Shown piece by piece: positions 22,275 through 30,112 of a stretch of DNA of 64,000 nucleotides. Source of the stretch: an uncultured Actinomycetota bacterium (GTDB lineage: Bacteria; Actinomycetota; Actinomycetes; Propionibacteriales; Nocardioidaceae); NCBI GenBank assembly GCA_963754155.1, contig CAVWEU010000002.1:3212-67211 (forward strand), read 5' to 3'. The translations under genes and the position numbers were made by a program. Below the pieces are notes generated by a model, which made no database searches, was not told the DNA's origin, and saw only the letters and a list, made by a program, of their open reading frames with translations. The number at the start of each line of letters is the position of its first letter. Within the stretch, counting starts at the first letter, position 1.

Positions 22275-23546
22275 TTGTTACGGTTGGGCGTTCTTGTGGT
22301 GGGTGTGACTGCTGTGACACCTGCTGCACCCGCCGACGTGAGGAGCCCGGACGTGGTCGTCCGCTGCGCTGCCACCGTCGTCGGGGTGGTCGCCGCAACG
22401 GTCGCGCTCACCGCGCCGCCGGCCCTGGCGCGCCCCGACACGGACTTCGAGATGCCGTTCGCCTGTGGTCAGGAGTGGACGGGCACCACCCGGTCCGGCC
22501 ACTCACCGAGCGTGCACAACATCGACTGGAACCGCCCCGACGACCGGGGCCAGCCGGCAGTGGCAGCCGGCGCGGGCACCGTCACGAGGGTCGCTGACCT
22601 CGGCGGACGCAGCTACGGGCTCTACCTCGTCATCGACCACGGGAACGGCGAGAGCACCCTCTACGCCCACCTCGACGCGGAGTACGTCGCCGTGGGCCAG
22701 CGGGTCGACCAGGGCCAGCTGCTCGGCCTCGTCGGCGGGTCCGGCGGCGTCACCGGGCCGCACCTGCACTACGAACAGCGCCACGACGGACGCGGCCAGC
22801 AGGCGTGGTTCGGCGACGCCCCGTTCACCATGGGCAGCACGCGGGCCTCGGCCAACTGCGTGGACGTCCCGGTCGCCGGAAGCTGGGTGGGGGACTACCG
22901 CTCGGAGCTCGGTGTCTACCGGCGCACCCCGTCGGGCACCTTCCTGCAGGACCACCAGGGCGCCACGATGACGAGGGTGCTCGGGGTGGGCACCGACGAC
23001 CCCCTCGTCGGTGACTGGGACGGTGACGGGACCTCCGACGTCGGCTCCCACCGCGGCGAGGCACGCACGTTCACGCTGGCGAGTGCGGCTGGCACCACGA
23101 CGGTGCAGTACGGCGTCCGCGCCGACCACGGCATCGCCGGCGACTGGGACGGCGACGGGGCGACCGACATCGGCGTGTGGCGGGCGGGGAAGGCGGTCTT
23201 CCGCCTCCGCGCGGCCGACGGGAGCACCAGGAAGGTCGCCCTCGGCTCGGTGAGCTCGCTGCCGGTGACCGGCGACTGGAACAAGGACGGCCGCACCGAC
23301 CTCGGCGTCTACGACGACGGGACCTGGACGCTCTGGCTGGAGCGGGCCGACGGCACCACCTGGTCGGGCACGGTCCTCCTCGGCGGTCCAGGCGACCTGC
23401 CGGTGACCGGCTTCTGGAACAAGAACCGGGTGACCGACCTCGGCGTGTGGTCGCCGGACACCGCGACGTGGACCCTGCGCAAGGCTCCCGCCCTCTCGAC
23501 AGCACCGGGCAGGATCGCGGTCCGGCAGTACGGCGCCCCCCGCTGA
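22275..23546 (+). CDS. Secreted M23 metallopeptidase with C-terminal FG-GAP/VCBS-like repeats
   Basis: M23 motifs HSPSVHNIDW, DHGNGESTLYAHL, GPHLHYEQR. Four repeats of the GDWDGDGxTDxGVW type. The start is uncertain (TTG 22275, GTG 22296 or GTG 22338); signal peptide ...TAPPALA|RP. Confidence 0.8.
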   Translation: MLRLGVLVVGVTAVTPAAPADVRSPDVVVRCAATVVGVVAATVALTAPPALARPDTDFEMPFACGQEWTGTTRSGHSPSVHNIDWNRPDDRGQPAVAAGAGTVTRVADLGGRSYGLYLVIDHGNGESTLYAHLDAEYVAVGQRVDQGQLLGLVGGSGGVTGPHLHYEQRHDGRGQQAWFGDAPFTMGSTRASANCVDVPVAGSWVGDYRSELGVYRRTPSGTFLQDHQGATMTRVLGVGTDDPLVGDWDGDGTSDVGSHRGEARTFTLASAAGTTTVQYGVRADHGIAGDWDGDGATDIGVWRAGKAVFRLRAADGSTRKVALGSVSSLPVTGDWNKDGRTDLGVYDDGTWTLWLERADGTTWSGTVLLGGPGDLPVTGFWNKNRVTDLGVWSPDTATWTLRKAPALSTAPGRIAVRQYGAPR

Positions 23547-24622
23547 CCCCGCTCCTCCGGTTGAGCCGTCACTCGTGCCGGTCGGCCGTCCGCGGACGGG
23601 CGGCGGCCACCGTGTCCGACCGGCACGAGTGACGGCTCAACACGCGCGGACGGGCGGCGGCCACCGTGTCCGACCGGCACGAGTGACGGCTCAACGTGTG
23701 TGCGGCCGAGGAGGTGAGGGGCGTCGGTGTGGGAGTCGACCAGGCTGAAGGCGCTCCCCGACGTGGCGCCCGGGGTGGCCCCGGCGGTCGGCGTGGTGGC
23801 GAACCGGACCGTCGTGGGCAGCGGCACGGGAGTCTTGAACGCGACCTCGACCCGGACGGCCTCGGGCAGCCGGTTCTCGACCGCGGCGACGCACCGGGCC
23901 TTGCTCCACATGCCGTGGGCGATCTGCCGCGGGAAGCCGAGGGCCTTGGCGGTCAACGCGTAGAGGTGGATCGGGTTGCGGTCTCCGGACACCGCCGCGT
24001 AGCGCCGGCCGAGATCGCCCTCGAGCCGCCACTCGACACCGGCGCCTTCCACGACCGACAGCCCGCCGCCCGCCTCCATGGCACCTGCGGCACGGCTCGC
24101 ACCGCCGGCACCGCCGGCACCGCTGGCACCGCCGCCGCGGCGCAGGTATGTCGAGATCTCCTCCCACACGACCTCGCCGTCGACCGAGACCTCGGTGAGC
24201 AGGTCGAACACCCGGCCCTTGGCGTGCGGCCGCAGGTCCGCCGCCGACACCGACACGTCGTACCGCTCCGCGGCGGTGGTGGCGCGGTGCCGGGTCACGG
24301 TGTTCTCGAGATGGACCATCCCCATCGCCGGGAACGGGAACGACCGGTCGGTCATGACGGTCAGGTGCAGCGGGAAGGCCAGCACGTGCAGGTAGGTCAA
24401 TGGGAGCGCGTCCTTGCGCGGGAACCCGCAGACCCGTGCGTAGGCGTCGACGTGTGCCCGGTCGACCGACGCGTCCCGTCGGGAGAGGACGAGGTCGGGC
24501 AGGGTGGAGCCGGATCTCCGCAAGCCGGGCAGGGCCGAGACGCCGGGCACCGCCGGCAGTGCCGCCTTGAGCAGCAGCGGCAGCGAAGCGGGCGCCTCGT
24601 GGAGGTCACGGTGCTCGCCCAT
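23309..24622 (-). CDS. HtdX-like double-hotdog (MaoC) hydroxyacyl dehydratase with an abnormal ~130-aa C-terminal read-through
   Basis: MaoC motif YAAVSGDRNPIHLYALTAKALGFPRQIAHGM. The expected end is near ...DAPHLLGRTH (about 23695), but there is no in-frame stop until 23309. The tail translates the REP duplication ([18 protein letters not shown] twice) and overlaps the convergent M23 gene. Confidence 0.7.
   Translation of the reverse strand: MGEHRDLHEAPASLPLLLKAALPAVPGVSALPGLRRSGSTLPDLVLSRRDASVDRAHVDAYARVCGFPRKDALPLTYLHVLAFPLHLTVMTDRSFPFPAMGMVHLENTVTRHRATTAAERYDVSVSAADLRPHAKGRVFDLLTEVSVDGEVVWEEISTYLRRGGGASGAGGAGGASRAAGAMEAGGGLSVVEGAGVEWRLEGDLGRRYAAVSGDRNPIHLYALTAKALGFPRQIAHGMWSKARCVAAVENRLPEAVRVEVAFKTPVPLPTTVRFATTPTAGATPGATSGSAFSLVDSHTDAPHLLGRTHVEPSLVPVGHGGRRPSARVEPSLVPVGHGGRRPSADGRPARVTAQPEERGQRGAPYCRTAILPGAVERAGALRRVHVAVSGDHTPRSVTRFLFQKPVTGRSPGPPRRTVPDQVVPSARSSQSVQVPSS
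23561..23694. repeat. REP-like palindromic element carrying a 54-bp-period tandem duplication
   Basis: The left arm TTGAGCCGTCACTCGTGCCGGTCGG (23561-23585) is perfectly complementary to 23616-23640 and again to 23670-23694. The 51-nt unit 23591-23641 is repeated at 23645-23695. The same core occurs at 45161-45290. Confidence 0.85.
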
Positions 24623-24623
24623 C

Positions 24624-24716
24624 TCAGGCTCCGAGCAGCATCTGGCCGGCCCGAGGTTCCTGGCCCAGCAGCCGGCCGACGGGCGTGCGGATCAGGGTCG
24701 AGTATCGGTCGCTCAT
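24624..24716 (-). pseudogene. 30-codon remnant of a FabG4-like 3-oxoacyl reductase (N- and C-termini only)
   Basis: MSDRYSTLIRTPVGRLLGQEPRAGQMLLGA*. SD GGAGGAG upstream; the stop is 1 nt from the htdX-like ATG (TGAGATG). The N-terminus and the ...GQMLLGA end resemble the two ends of FabG4-type proteins, as recalled from Rv0242c (...CGQAMIGA). Confidence 0.4.
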
Positions 24717-24864
24717 CGTGGGAGGCTCCTCCACGGTCGCCGGACGGGACCGCCAACGTAACCAGAGCCGTCACCCGGACTCCACCGGGGTGATCTCTCC
24801 CTCATCGAGTTCCCACCGGGTCGTTACCGGGTCAGGATGAGCCCGTCCCCAGCCAAGGAGTGCC

Positions 24865-26148
24865 ATGCGTCAGCCCCAGATCCGTCGGGTCGCCGTGATC
24901 GGCGGCAACCGCATCCCGTTCGCCCGCTCGAACACCGTCTACGCCGACGCCTCGAACCAGGAGATGCTGACCGCGGCGATCGACGGCCTGGTGGCCCGGT
25001 TCGGCCTCGAGGGGGAGCGGGTCGGCGAGGTCGTCGCAGGTGCGGTGCTCAAGCACTCCCGCGACTTCAACCTGACCCGCGAGAGCGTGCTCGGCTCACG
25101 GCTGGCGCCGGAGACTCCCGCCTACGACATCCAGCAGGCCTGCGACAGCGGGATCCAGGCTGCGCTCGCGGTCGCCGGCAAGATCGCCCTCGGCCGGATC
25201 GAGGTGGGCATCGCCGGCGGCACCGACACCACCTCCGACGCGCCGATCGCGCTGAACGAGAAGCTGCGCAAGATCCTGCTCGAGGCCAACCGGTCCAGGA
25301 CCGTCCAGGGCCGGCTCGCCGCTTTGTCGAAGGTCCGCCCGCAGCACCTCGCTCCCTCGATCCCGCAGAACAGCGAGCCCCGCACCGGGCTCTCCATGGG
25401 CGAGTCGGCGGCGCTGACCGCGCTCGAGTGGGACATCGGACGCCGCGAGCAGGACGAGCTGGCGGTGGCGTCGCACTCCCGGCTGCACGCGTCGTACGAG
25501 AGCGGCTTCCAGGACGACCTGGTGACGCCGTTCCGCGGTCTCGAGCGTGACCAGAACCTCCGTGGGGACTCCTCGCTGGAGAAGCTCTCCACCTTGAAGC
25601 CGGTCTTCGGCACGGGCGAGACCGCGACGATGACCGCGGCCAACTCGACCCCGCTCACCGATGGTGCGTCCACGGTCCTGCTCTGCTCGGAGGAGTACGC
25701 CGCGGCTCGCGGCTGGGAGCCGCTGGCCTTCCTGACCGACTTCGAGACCGCGGCGGTCGACTTCGTGCACGGTGCCGAAGGGCTGTTGATGGCGCCTGCC
25801 TACGCGATGCCGAGGATGCTCGAGCGGGCTGGGCTCACGCTCCAGGAGTTCGACTTCTACGAGCTCCACGAGGCGTTCGCCTCGCAGGTCCTCGCCACGC
25901 TCAAGGCCTGGGAGGACCCGATCTTCTGCAAGGAGCGGCTCGGTCTCGACGCGCCCCTCGGGCCGGTCGACCGGGAGCTGCTCAACGTCAACGGCTCCTC
26001 GCTCGCAGCCGGGCACCCGTTCGCCGCGACCGGCGGCCGGATCATCGCGAACCTCGCCAAGCTCCTGGCGGAGAAGGGGTCGGGGCGTGGCGTGATCTCC
26101 ATCTGCGCCGCGGGCGGCCAGGGCGTGACCGCGATCCTCGAGCGCTGA
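24865..26148 (+). CDS. Acetyl-CoA C-acyltransferase (thiolase, FadA2-like)
   Basis: SD AAGGAG upstream. 427 aa. Thiolase-like RRVAVIGGNRIPFARS, NGSSLAAGHPFAATGGR, ISICAAGGQGVTAILER. Confidence 0.85.
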   Translation: MRQPQIRRVAVIGGNRIPFARSNTVYADASNQEMLTAAIDGLVARFGLEGERVGEVVAGAVLKHSRDFNLTRESVLGSRLAPETPAYDIQQACDSGIQAALAVAGKIALGRIEVGIAGGTDTTSDAPIALNEKLRKILLEANRSRTVQGRLAALSKVRPQHLAPSIPQNSEPRTGLSMGESAALTALEWDIGRREQDELAVASHSRLHASYESGFQDDLVTPFRGLERDQNLRGDSSLEKLSTLKPVFGTGETATMTAANSTPLTDGASTVLLCSEEYAAARGWEPLAFLTDFETAAVDFVHGAEGLLMAPAYAMPRMLERAGLTLQEFDFYELHEAFASQVLATLKAWEDPIFCKERLGLDAPLGPVDRELLNVNGSSLAAGHPFAATGGRIIANLAKLLAEKGSGRGVISICAAGGQGVTAILER

Positions 26149-26178
26149 CCCCCGGCCGGCGACATCTGTCGGCCGGGG

Positions 26179-26566
26179 TCACGCCCGGTCGGCGTCCGCC
26201 GGCGGGAACAGCGGACGTACGCCGCCGAGCCTGCGCCGGAACCGCACGGAGTCGGCGTGCTCCTCCAGGATCCGCCACAGCGACGCGTGCGCGGCCCAGG
26301 GGAGCGGCTCGTCGCCGTCGCGCCAGCGTAGCGCCGAAGCCGACCCACACCGGCGTCCATCCCGCGGCCTCGTCCCAGGCTCCGCGCCGGCCCGCCAGCA
26401 TCCGGCGTCGGAGCTGGAAGGCCACCCGCTCCCCGTCGACGCAGATCGGTGCCGTCGCCACCGGCCACACCCAGAGGTCCACCGCCATCAGCGCCAGCTC
26501 GACGTCGGGCAGCCGGCACGGGTCGACCAGCACGGTGGCGACGTTCTCGTGGGGTCCGCGTCTCAC
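26179..26566 (-). pseudogene. Small hypothetical gene apparently split by a frameshift near 26328-26346
   Basis: Frame A reads VRRGPHENVATVLVDPCRLPDVELALMAVDLWVWPVATAPICVDGERVAFQLRRRMLAGRRGAWDEAAGWTPVWVGFGA. Another frame continues LRWRDGDEPLPWAAHASLWRILEEHADSVRFRRRLGGVRPLFPPADADRA* and stops at 26179. Neither part is recognised. Confidence 0.3.
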
Positions 26567-26658
26567 ACGCGGCACGCTAGCCGTCCGCCGCGCCGACGTC
26601 AGCCCCCACCCGGGCGGCCTGTGGTCGGTGCGGCGCGCGTCCGGCGAGACCGAGCCGG

Positions 26659-27012
26659 TCAGCGGGGCAGCCGGTCGGCGCGCGCCGCGACGAGCTCCGC
26701 GGGTGCGGTGAGCCGCCACGCCTCGAAGGCGAGCTCGGCCAGCTCGTCACGCTCGACGCGCTCCAGGTGGACGACGACCCAGCCGAAGCCTCCGGTGGTG
26801 AACTGCACCTCGAAGGTGTCCGGGCGTTCGCTCACCAGCGCCAGCTGTTCGGCGATCGTCTGCTTCAGCCCCACGGTGCGGGTCGGCTCCCACACGTAGC
26901 CGAAGGTGTGGTCCCGGACGGCGGCCCGCCAGTAGCGTCCGCGATCCTCCCGGGTGGCCTCGGGCAGCTGGTCGAGGAGGTCGAAGACGTCGCGGACGGT
27001 GCAGCCGGTCAC
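26659..27012 (-). CDS. MmcQ/YjbR-family protein
   Basis: 117 aa with high GC3. Resembles YjbR-like proteins (family recalled, not searched). Confidence 0.55.
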   Translation of the reverse strand: MTGCTVRDVFDLLDQLPEATREDRGRYWRAAVRDHTFGYVWEPTRTVGLKQTIAEQLALVSERPDTFEVQFTTGGFGWVVVHLERVERDELAELAFEAWRLTAPAELVAARADRLPR

Positions 27013-27094
27013 CGAGCCATCCTCGCAGGATGACGGGAGCGGGGACGTCCTGCGGCCGCCTGCCGAGTCGGTGCTCGGCCCGGGTCGGGTCGGC

Positions 27095-27949
27095 TCACCC
27101 GGCCTGGCGGTCGACGTAGACCAGCAGCCGCTCGAGCATCGTGGTCGCGGCGCGCAGGTCGTCCGAGGCTTCGGGGGCGGGCGGGTCGACCTCAGGCTCC
27201 TCCGAGGAGCCTTCCAGCACCGCCGCCAGCCGTGCGCAGGCCCGGGCAGCGTCCCGCACCGCCCGCGGCTCGAGGGTCCACACGCACTCGAAGATGCGGT
27301 CCTTGTCGCGGACGCCGCCCTGTCCCGGGAGCTCCCAGGCCGCCATCACCGCGGTGTGGGCGTCCGCGTCGCAGACCAGCGACCACTCGCGGCGCATCGG
27401 CGCGTCCTCGGGGAGGTGTGCCAGGACGAGCCGGCCGTCGACCGACGACGCACCGAAGTCGGCGAAGACCGTCGAGGACCGGGCGGTCCGGGCCAGCTCC
27501 ACCCAGCGGGCGCGGGCGTGCTCGAAGAAGCGAGCCTCCTGGAAGGCGCCGTACAGCCGCGGTGACTGGGCCCGCGCACAGCACTCGTCCTCCATCGCCC
27601 AGGACAGCGCGAGCAGGGTCGTCTTCCGCAGCCGCTGCGGTGCGAGGTGCGGGTGGTGGCGGCGCAGCTCGGCGAAGACCGAGGTCGTCGTCGCTGCGGC
27701 CGCCGACCGCCGGGAGGAGGCGGCGGCGATCGCCGCCTCGAGGCGCACGCCGGCGTCCCGCCGGCGCGCCACCTCCTTGACGAGCGCGACGTCGCGCTCG
27801 TCGTACCGGCGGTGTCCGCTCGCGCGTCTGGCCGGTGCGGGAAAGCCGTGTCGGCTCTCCCAGGCGCGCAAGGTCGCCGCGCTCACTCCGGTCCGCTGGG
27901 CGAGATCGCTGATGGTCAGGGGTTGCGCCGATGACGGTTCCGGGTTCAT
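27095..27949 (-). CDS. MerR-family transcriptional regulator with a DICT-like C-terminal sensory domain
   Basis: HTH LTISDLAQRTGVSAATLRAWESRHGFPAPARRASGHRRYDERDVALVKEV. About 200 aa of C-terminal DICT-like sequence. ATG 27949 is preferred (TATGCT-N7 upstream); an alternative ATG lies at 27961. Confidence 0.75.
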   Translation of the reverse strand: MNPEPSSAQPLTISDLAQRTGVSAATLRAWESRHGFPAPARRASGHRRYDERDVALVKEVARRRDAGVRLEAAIAAASSRRSAAAATTTSVFAELRRHHPHLAPQRLRKTTLLALSWAMEDECCARAQSPRLYGAFQEARFFEHARARWVELARTARSSTVFADFGASSVDGRLVLAHLPEDAPMRREWSLVCDADAHTAVMAAWELPGQGGVRDKDRIFECVWTLEPRAVRDAARACARLAAVLEGSSEEPEVDPPAPEASDDLRAATTMLERLLVYVDRQAG

Positions 27950-27956
27950 GCTGTAG

Positions 27957-27962
27957 AGCATA
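27957..27962 (-). promoter_or_regulatory. -10-like hexamer TATGCT, 7 nt before ATG 27949
   Basis: TANNNT-N7-start pattern on the minus strand. Confidence 0.35.
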
Positions 27963-27966
27963 ACTT

Positions 27967-27976
27967 CAACATGTTG
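27967..27976. promoter_or_regulatory. Perfect 10-bp palindrome CAACATGTTG in the AT-rich divergent promoter
   Basis: Lies between the MerR/DICT gene and the 28019 operon. Candidate operator. Confidence 0.3.
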
Positions 27977-28018
27977 TCTAAGAAAGCCCACGGACAGCAC
28001 AACTCCTGAGGAGGAGAG

Positions 28019-28252
28019 ATGACGCAGAACCAGCGATCCGACGAGGTGCTCGACTGGACCGACCTCGGCCGGGAGATGTGGTCGTTCCTGACCGGACGTC
28101 GGGCGGCGATCAACTACCGGTTCATCGACATGGCCGTCGAGGTCCCCCGGGACACCGGCGCGGACGCCCCGCGGGCCACCTGGCGCCTCAACGGCACCCT
28201 CCAGGTGACCACCGAGGAGAACGCGCCGACCGACGACGACGGCAAGGGCTGA
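28019..28252 (+). CDS. Small conserved-looking hypothetical protein (77 aa)
   Basis: Strong SD GAGGAGGAGAG immediately upstream. High GC3. Confidence 0.65.
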   Translation: MTQNQRSDEVLDWTDLGREMWSFLTGRRAAINYRFIDMAVEVPRDTGADAPRATWRLNGTLQVTTEENAPTDDDGKG

Positions 28253-28256
28253 GACC

Positions 28257-29114
28257 ATGTCGGTCTCCGTCTCCGCAGACCTCCGGCTCGAGGTCGACGT
28301 CCCCGGCGCCCCCGCGGTGTCGGCCCACCTCACCGGGACCGGCGGCGCCCTCACGCTCCACGTCGACGAGCCTTTCGTCTTCGCGGGGCGTCGGGACGCC
28401 CCGGCGATCCGCGGGCTCGCCGCCGGGCTTGCTCAGCGGGGTCTGATCGTCACCGTGGTCGGCCCCTCGGGGCCCCTGGTCACGCTCGGTGCCTGCCGTG
28501 CGTCGTGGTGGCAGCGCCGGCTCACGCGCTCGCGTCACATCAAGGTCGAGAAGGGGGCCGGGCTGTGGTCACTCGCCCGTGGCCGGGCCCAGTCGCGGAA
28601 CGTCGCCGCGCTCCCGGCGGCGGACCTGGCCCCGCCCCCGACCATGTGGCCGCCGGCGCCCACCCTGCTCCGCAGGCCTCGTTCGGTCACCACGACCCAC
28701 GACCCCGACCGCGGCGGCAACCCTCGCCTGGTCATGGCTCCGTCGGCGCACCCGGGTCCCGACGAGCGGCCGCCGGTCTTCCGGCTCCGCCGCGACGTCA
28801 CCACGATCGGCAGCGCCCCGGACAGCGACATCCGCCTGGCCGGGGTCGCCGAGCGGCACGCCGAGATCCACCACGACGACGAGGACGAGTTCGTCATCCT
28901 CGCGGTCGAGGGGACCCCGCTCGTGCACGGCGCCCCTGTGCAGCGCGCCCTGCTGCGCAACGGCACGCGCGTCGAGGTCGGGGACGCGACGCTCGTCTTC
29001 GCCCGGGAGGAGTACGCCGACCACGGCCGGCCGTACGGCGGTCGCGTCGGCGGCGAGCTCGGTCGTCAGCGCACCCAACCGCCGCGCAGCCAGGCGCAGC
29101 GCCGGAGGAGCTAG
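28257..29114 (+). CDS. FHA-domain protein with an unknown N-terminal domain
   Basis: C-terminal FHA: FRLRRDVTTIGSAPDSDIRLAGVAERHAEIHHDDEDEFVILAVEGTPLVHGAPVQRALLRNGTRVEVGDATLVF. Confidence 0.75.
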   Translation: MSVSVSADLRLEVDVPGAPAVSAHLTGTGGALTLHVDEPFVFAGRRDAPAIRGLAAGLAQRGLIVTVVGPSGPLVTLGACRASWWQRRLTRSRHIKVEKGAGLWSLARGRAQSRNVAALPAADLAPPPTMWPPAPTLLRRPRSVTTTHDPDRGGNPRLVMAPSAHPGPDERPPVFRLRRDVTTIGSAPDSDIRLAGVAERHAEIHHDDEDEFVILAVEGTPLVHGAPVQRALLRNGTRVEVGDATLVFAREEYADHGRPYGGRVGGELGRQRTQPPRSQAQRRRS

Positions 29115-29171
29115 TCCGGCCTCACCCCGGGGGCGCGAGGCTCCGGCGCCAGCTGCCCTCGTGCCACGGCC

Positions 29172-29987
29172 TCAGCGGCGGACGTACCGCGCCCAGAAGA
29201 AGCAGTACACGCCGAAGCAGCCGATCCCAGCCGCCACGACGCCCAGCAGGTACGGCCCGAACGGCTGGCGCAGCAGCTCGTGCAGGGCGACGTCGAGGCC
29301 GCCGGACTCCTTCGGCTCGTGCTGGACGGCAGCGGTGAGGAAGAGCGCGCCGACCGCGCCGAGCGCGACTCCCTTGGCGATGTACCCCACCTTGCCGAGG
29401 ACCACGACCGGTGTCCGGGTCCCGCCGCTGGTGGCGCCGGGCTCCAGGTGGTCGGTGAACTTCTCGCTCCAGCCCCGATGCGCGAGGACGACGCCGACCG
29501 CCACGATGGCGAGCCCGACGGCTCCGACCAGCAGCGTGCCTCCCGGCGCCGACATCACCCGGGCGGTCACGCCGTCGGTGGAGCCCGAGCCGCCCGAGCC
29601 GCCCGATCCCGACGCGGTGCCGGCCGCGGTCCACCCCAGCGCGGCGTAGACGACCGCCTTGCCGGCCGAGCCGAGGCGTTTCCCGACCCGCTTCACCCCG
29701 TCCTCGTCACGGTGTCCGACGGCGGCCTCGAGAAGCTGCCAGACCACGAGGGAGGCCATGCCGAGGACGATCACCCACAGCAGCACGTCGCCGAGCGGCT
29801 GCTCGGCCAGCCGGGCGAGGGCGCCCTGCTGCGACGCACGCTCCTCGGTCCGGTCGCCCCACGCCAGCGGCAGCGCCGTGGCGGCGATGAGGAGGTGGGT
29901 GACACCGTAGGCGACCAGGCCGACCTGCACCCCTTTGGCGAGCGGGTCCGTGCCACCCCTGGTCTTCAACCGCGATCCTGTCCCCAT
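29172..29987 (-). CDS. DUF1206-like membrane protein
   Basis: Internal ATG 29987 follows GAAGGAGAAG. Repeated TM pairs with YGVTHLLIA / VVYAALG / IAKGVALGAVG segments. Confidence 0.65.
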   Translation of the reverse strand: MGTGSRLKTRGGTDPLAKGVQVGLVAYGVTHLLIAATALPLAWGDRTEERASQQGALARLAEQPLGDVLLWVIVLGMASLVVWQLLEAAVGHRDEDGVKRVGKRLGSAGKAVVYAALGWTAAGTASGSGGSGGSGSTDGVTARVMSAPGGTLLVGAVGLAIVAVGVVLAHRGWSEKFTDHLEPGATSGGTRTPVVVLGKVGYIAKGVALGAVGALFLTAAVQHEPKESGGLDVALHELLRQPFGPYLLGVVAAGIGCFGVYCFFWARYVRR

Positions 29988-30112
29988 CGGCTTCTCCTTC
30001 CGTGCCACAGCATCGGTGCCGCGACCTCGGGTCGGCCCGCACCGCTGCGGCAGATGACTCTTACCACGCACGCGGTGACGGCATGCCCGCGGTCACCGCC
30101 CGGATGGTGTCG

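Noticed and set aside
24099-24134. 9-nt tandem repeat (GCACCGCCG x4) inside the htdX-like gene, and a similar SGSGGSGGSGS-coding repeat at about 29580-29612.
   Set aside because: These are in-frame Gly/Ala/Ser linker-coding low-complexity sequence between domains, which is ordinary in high-GC genomes.
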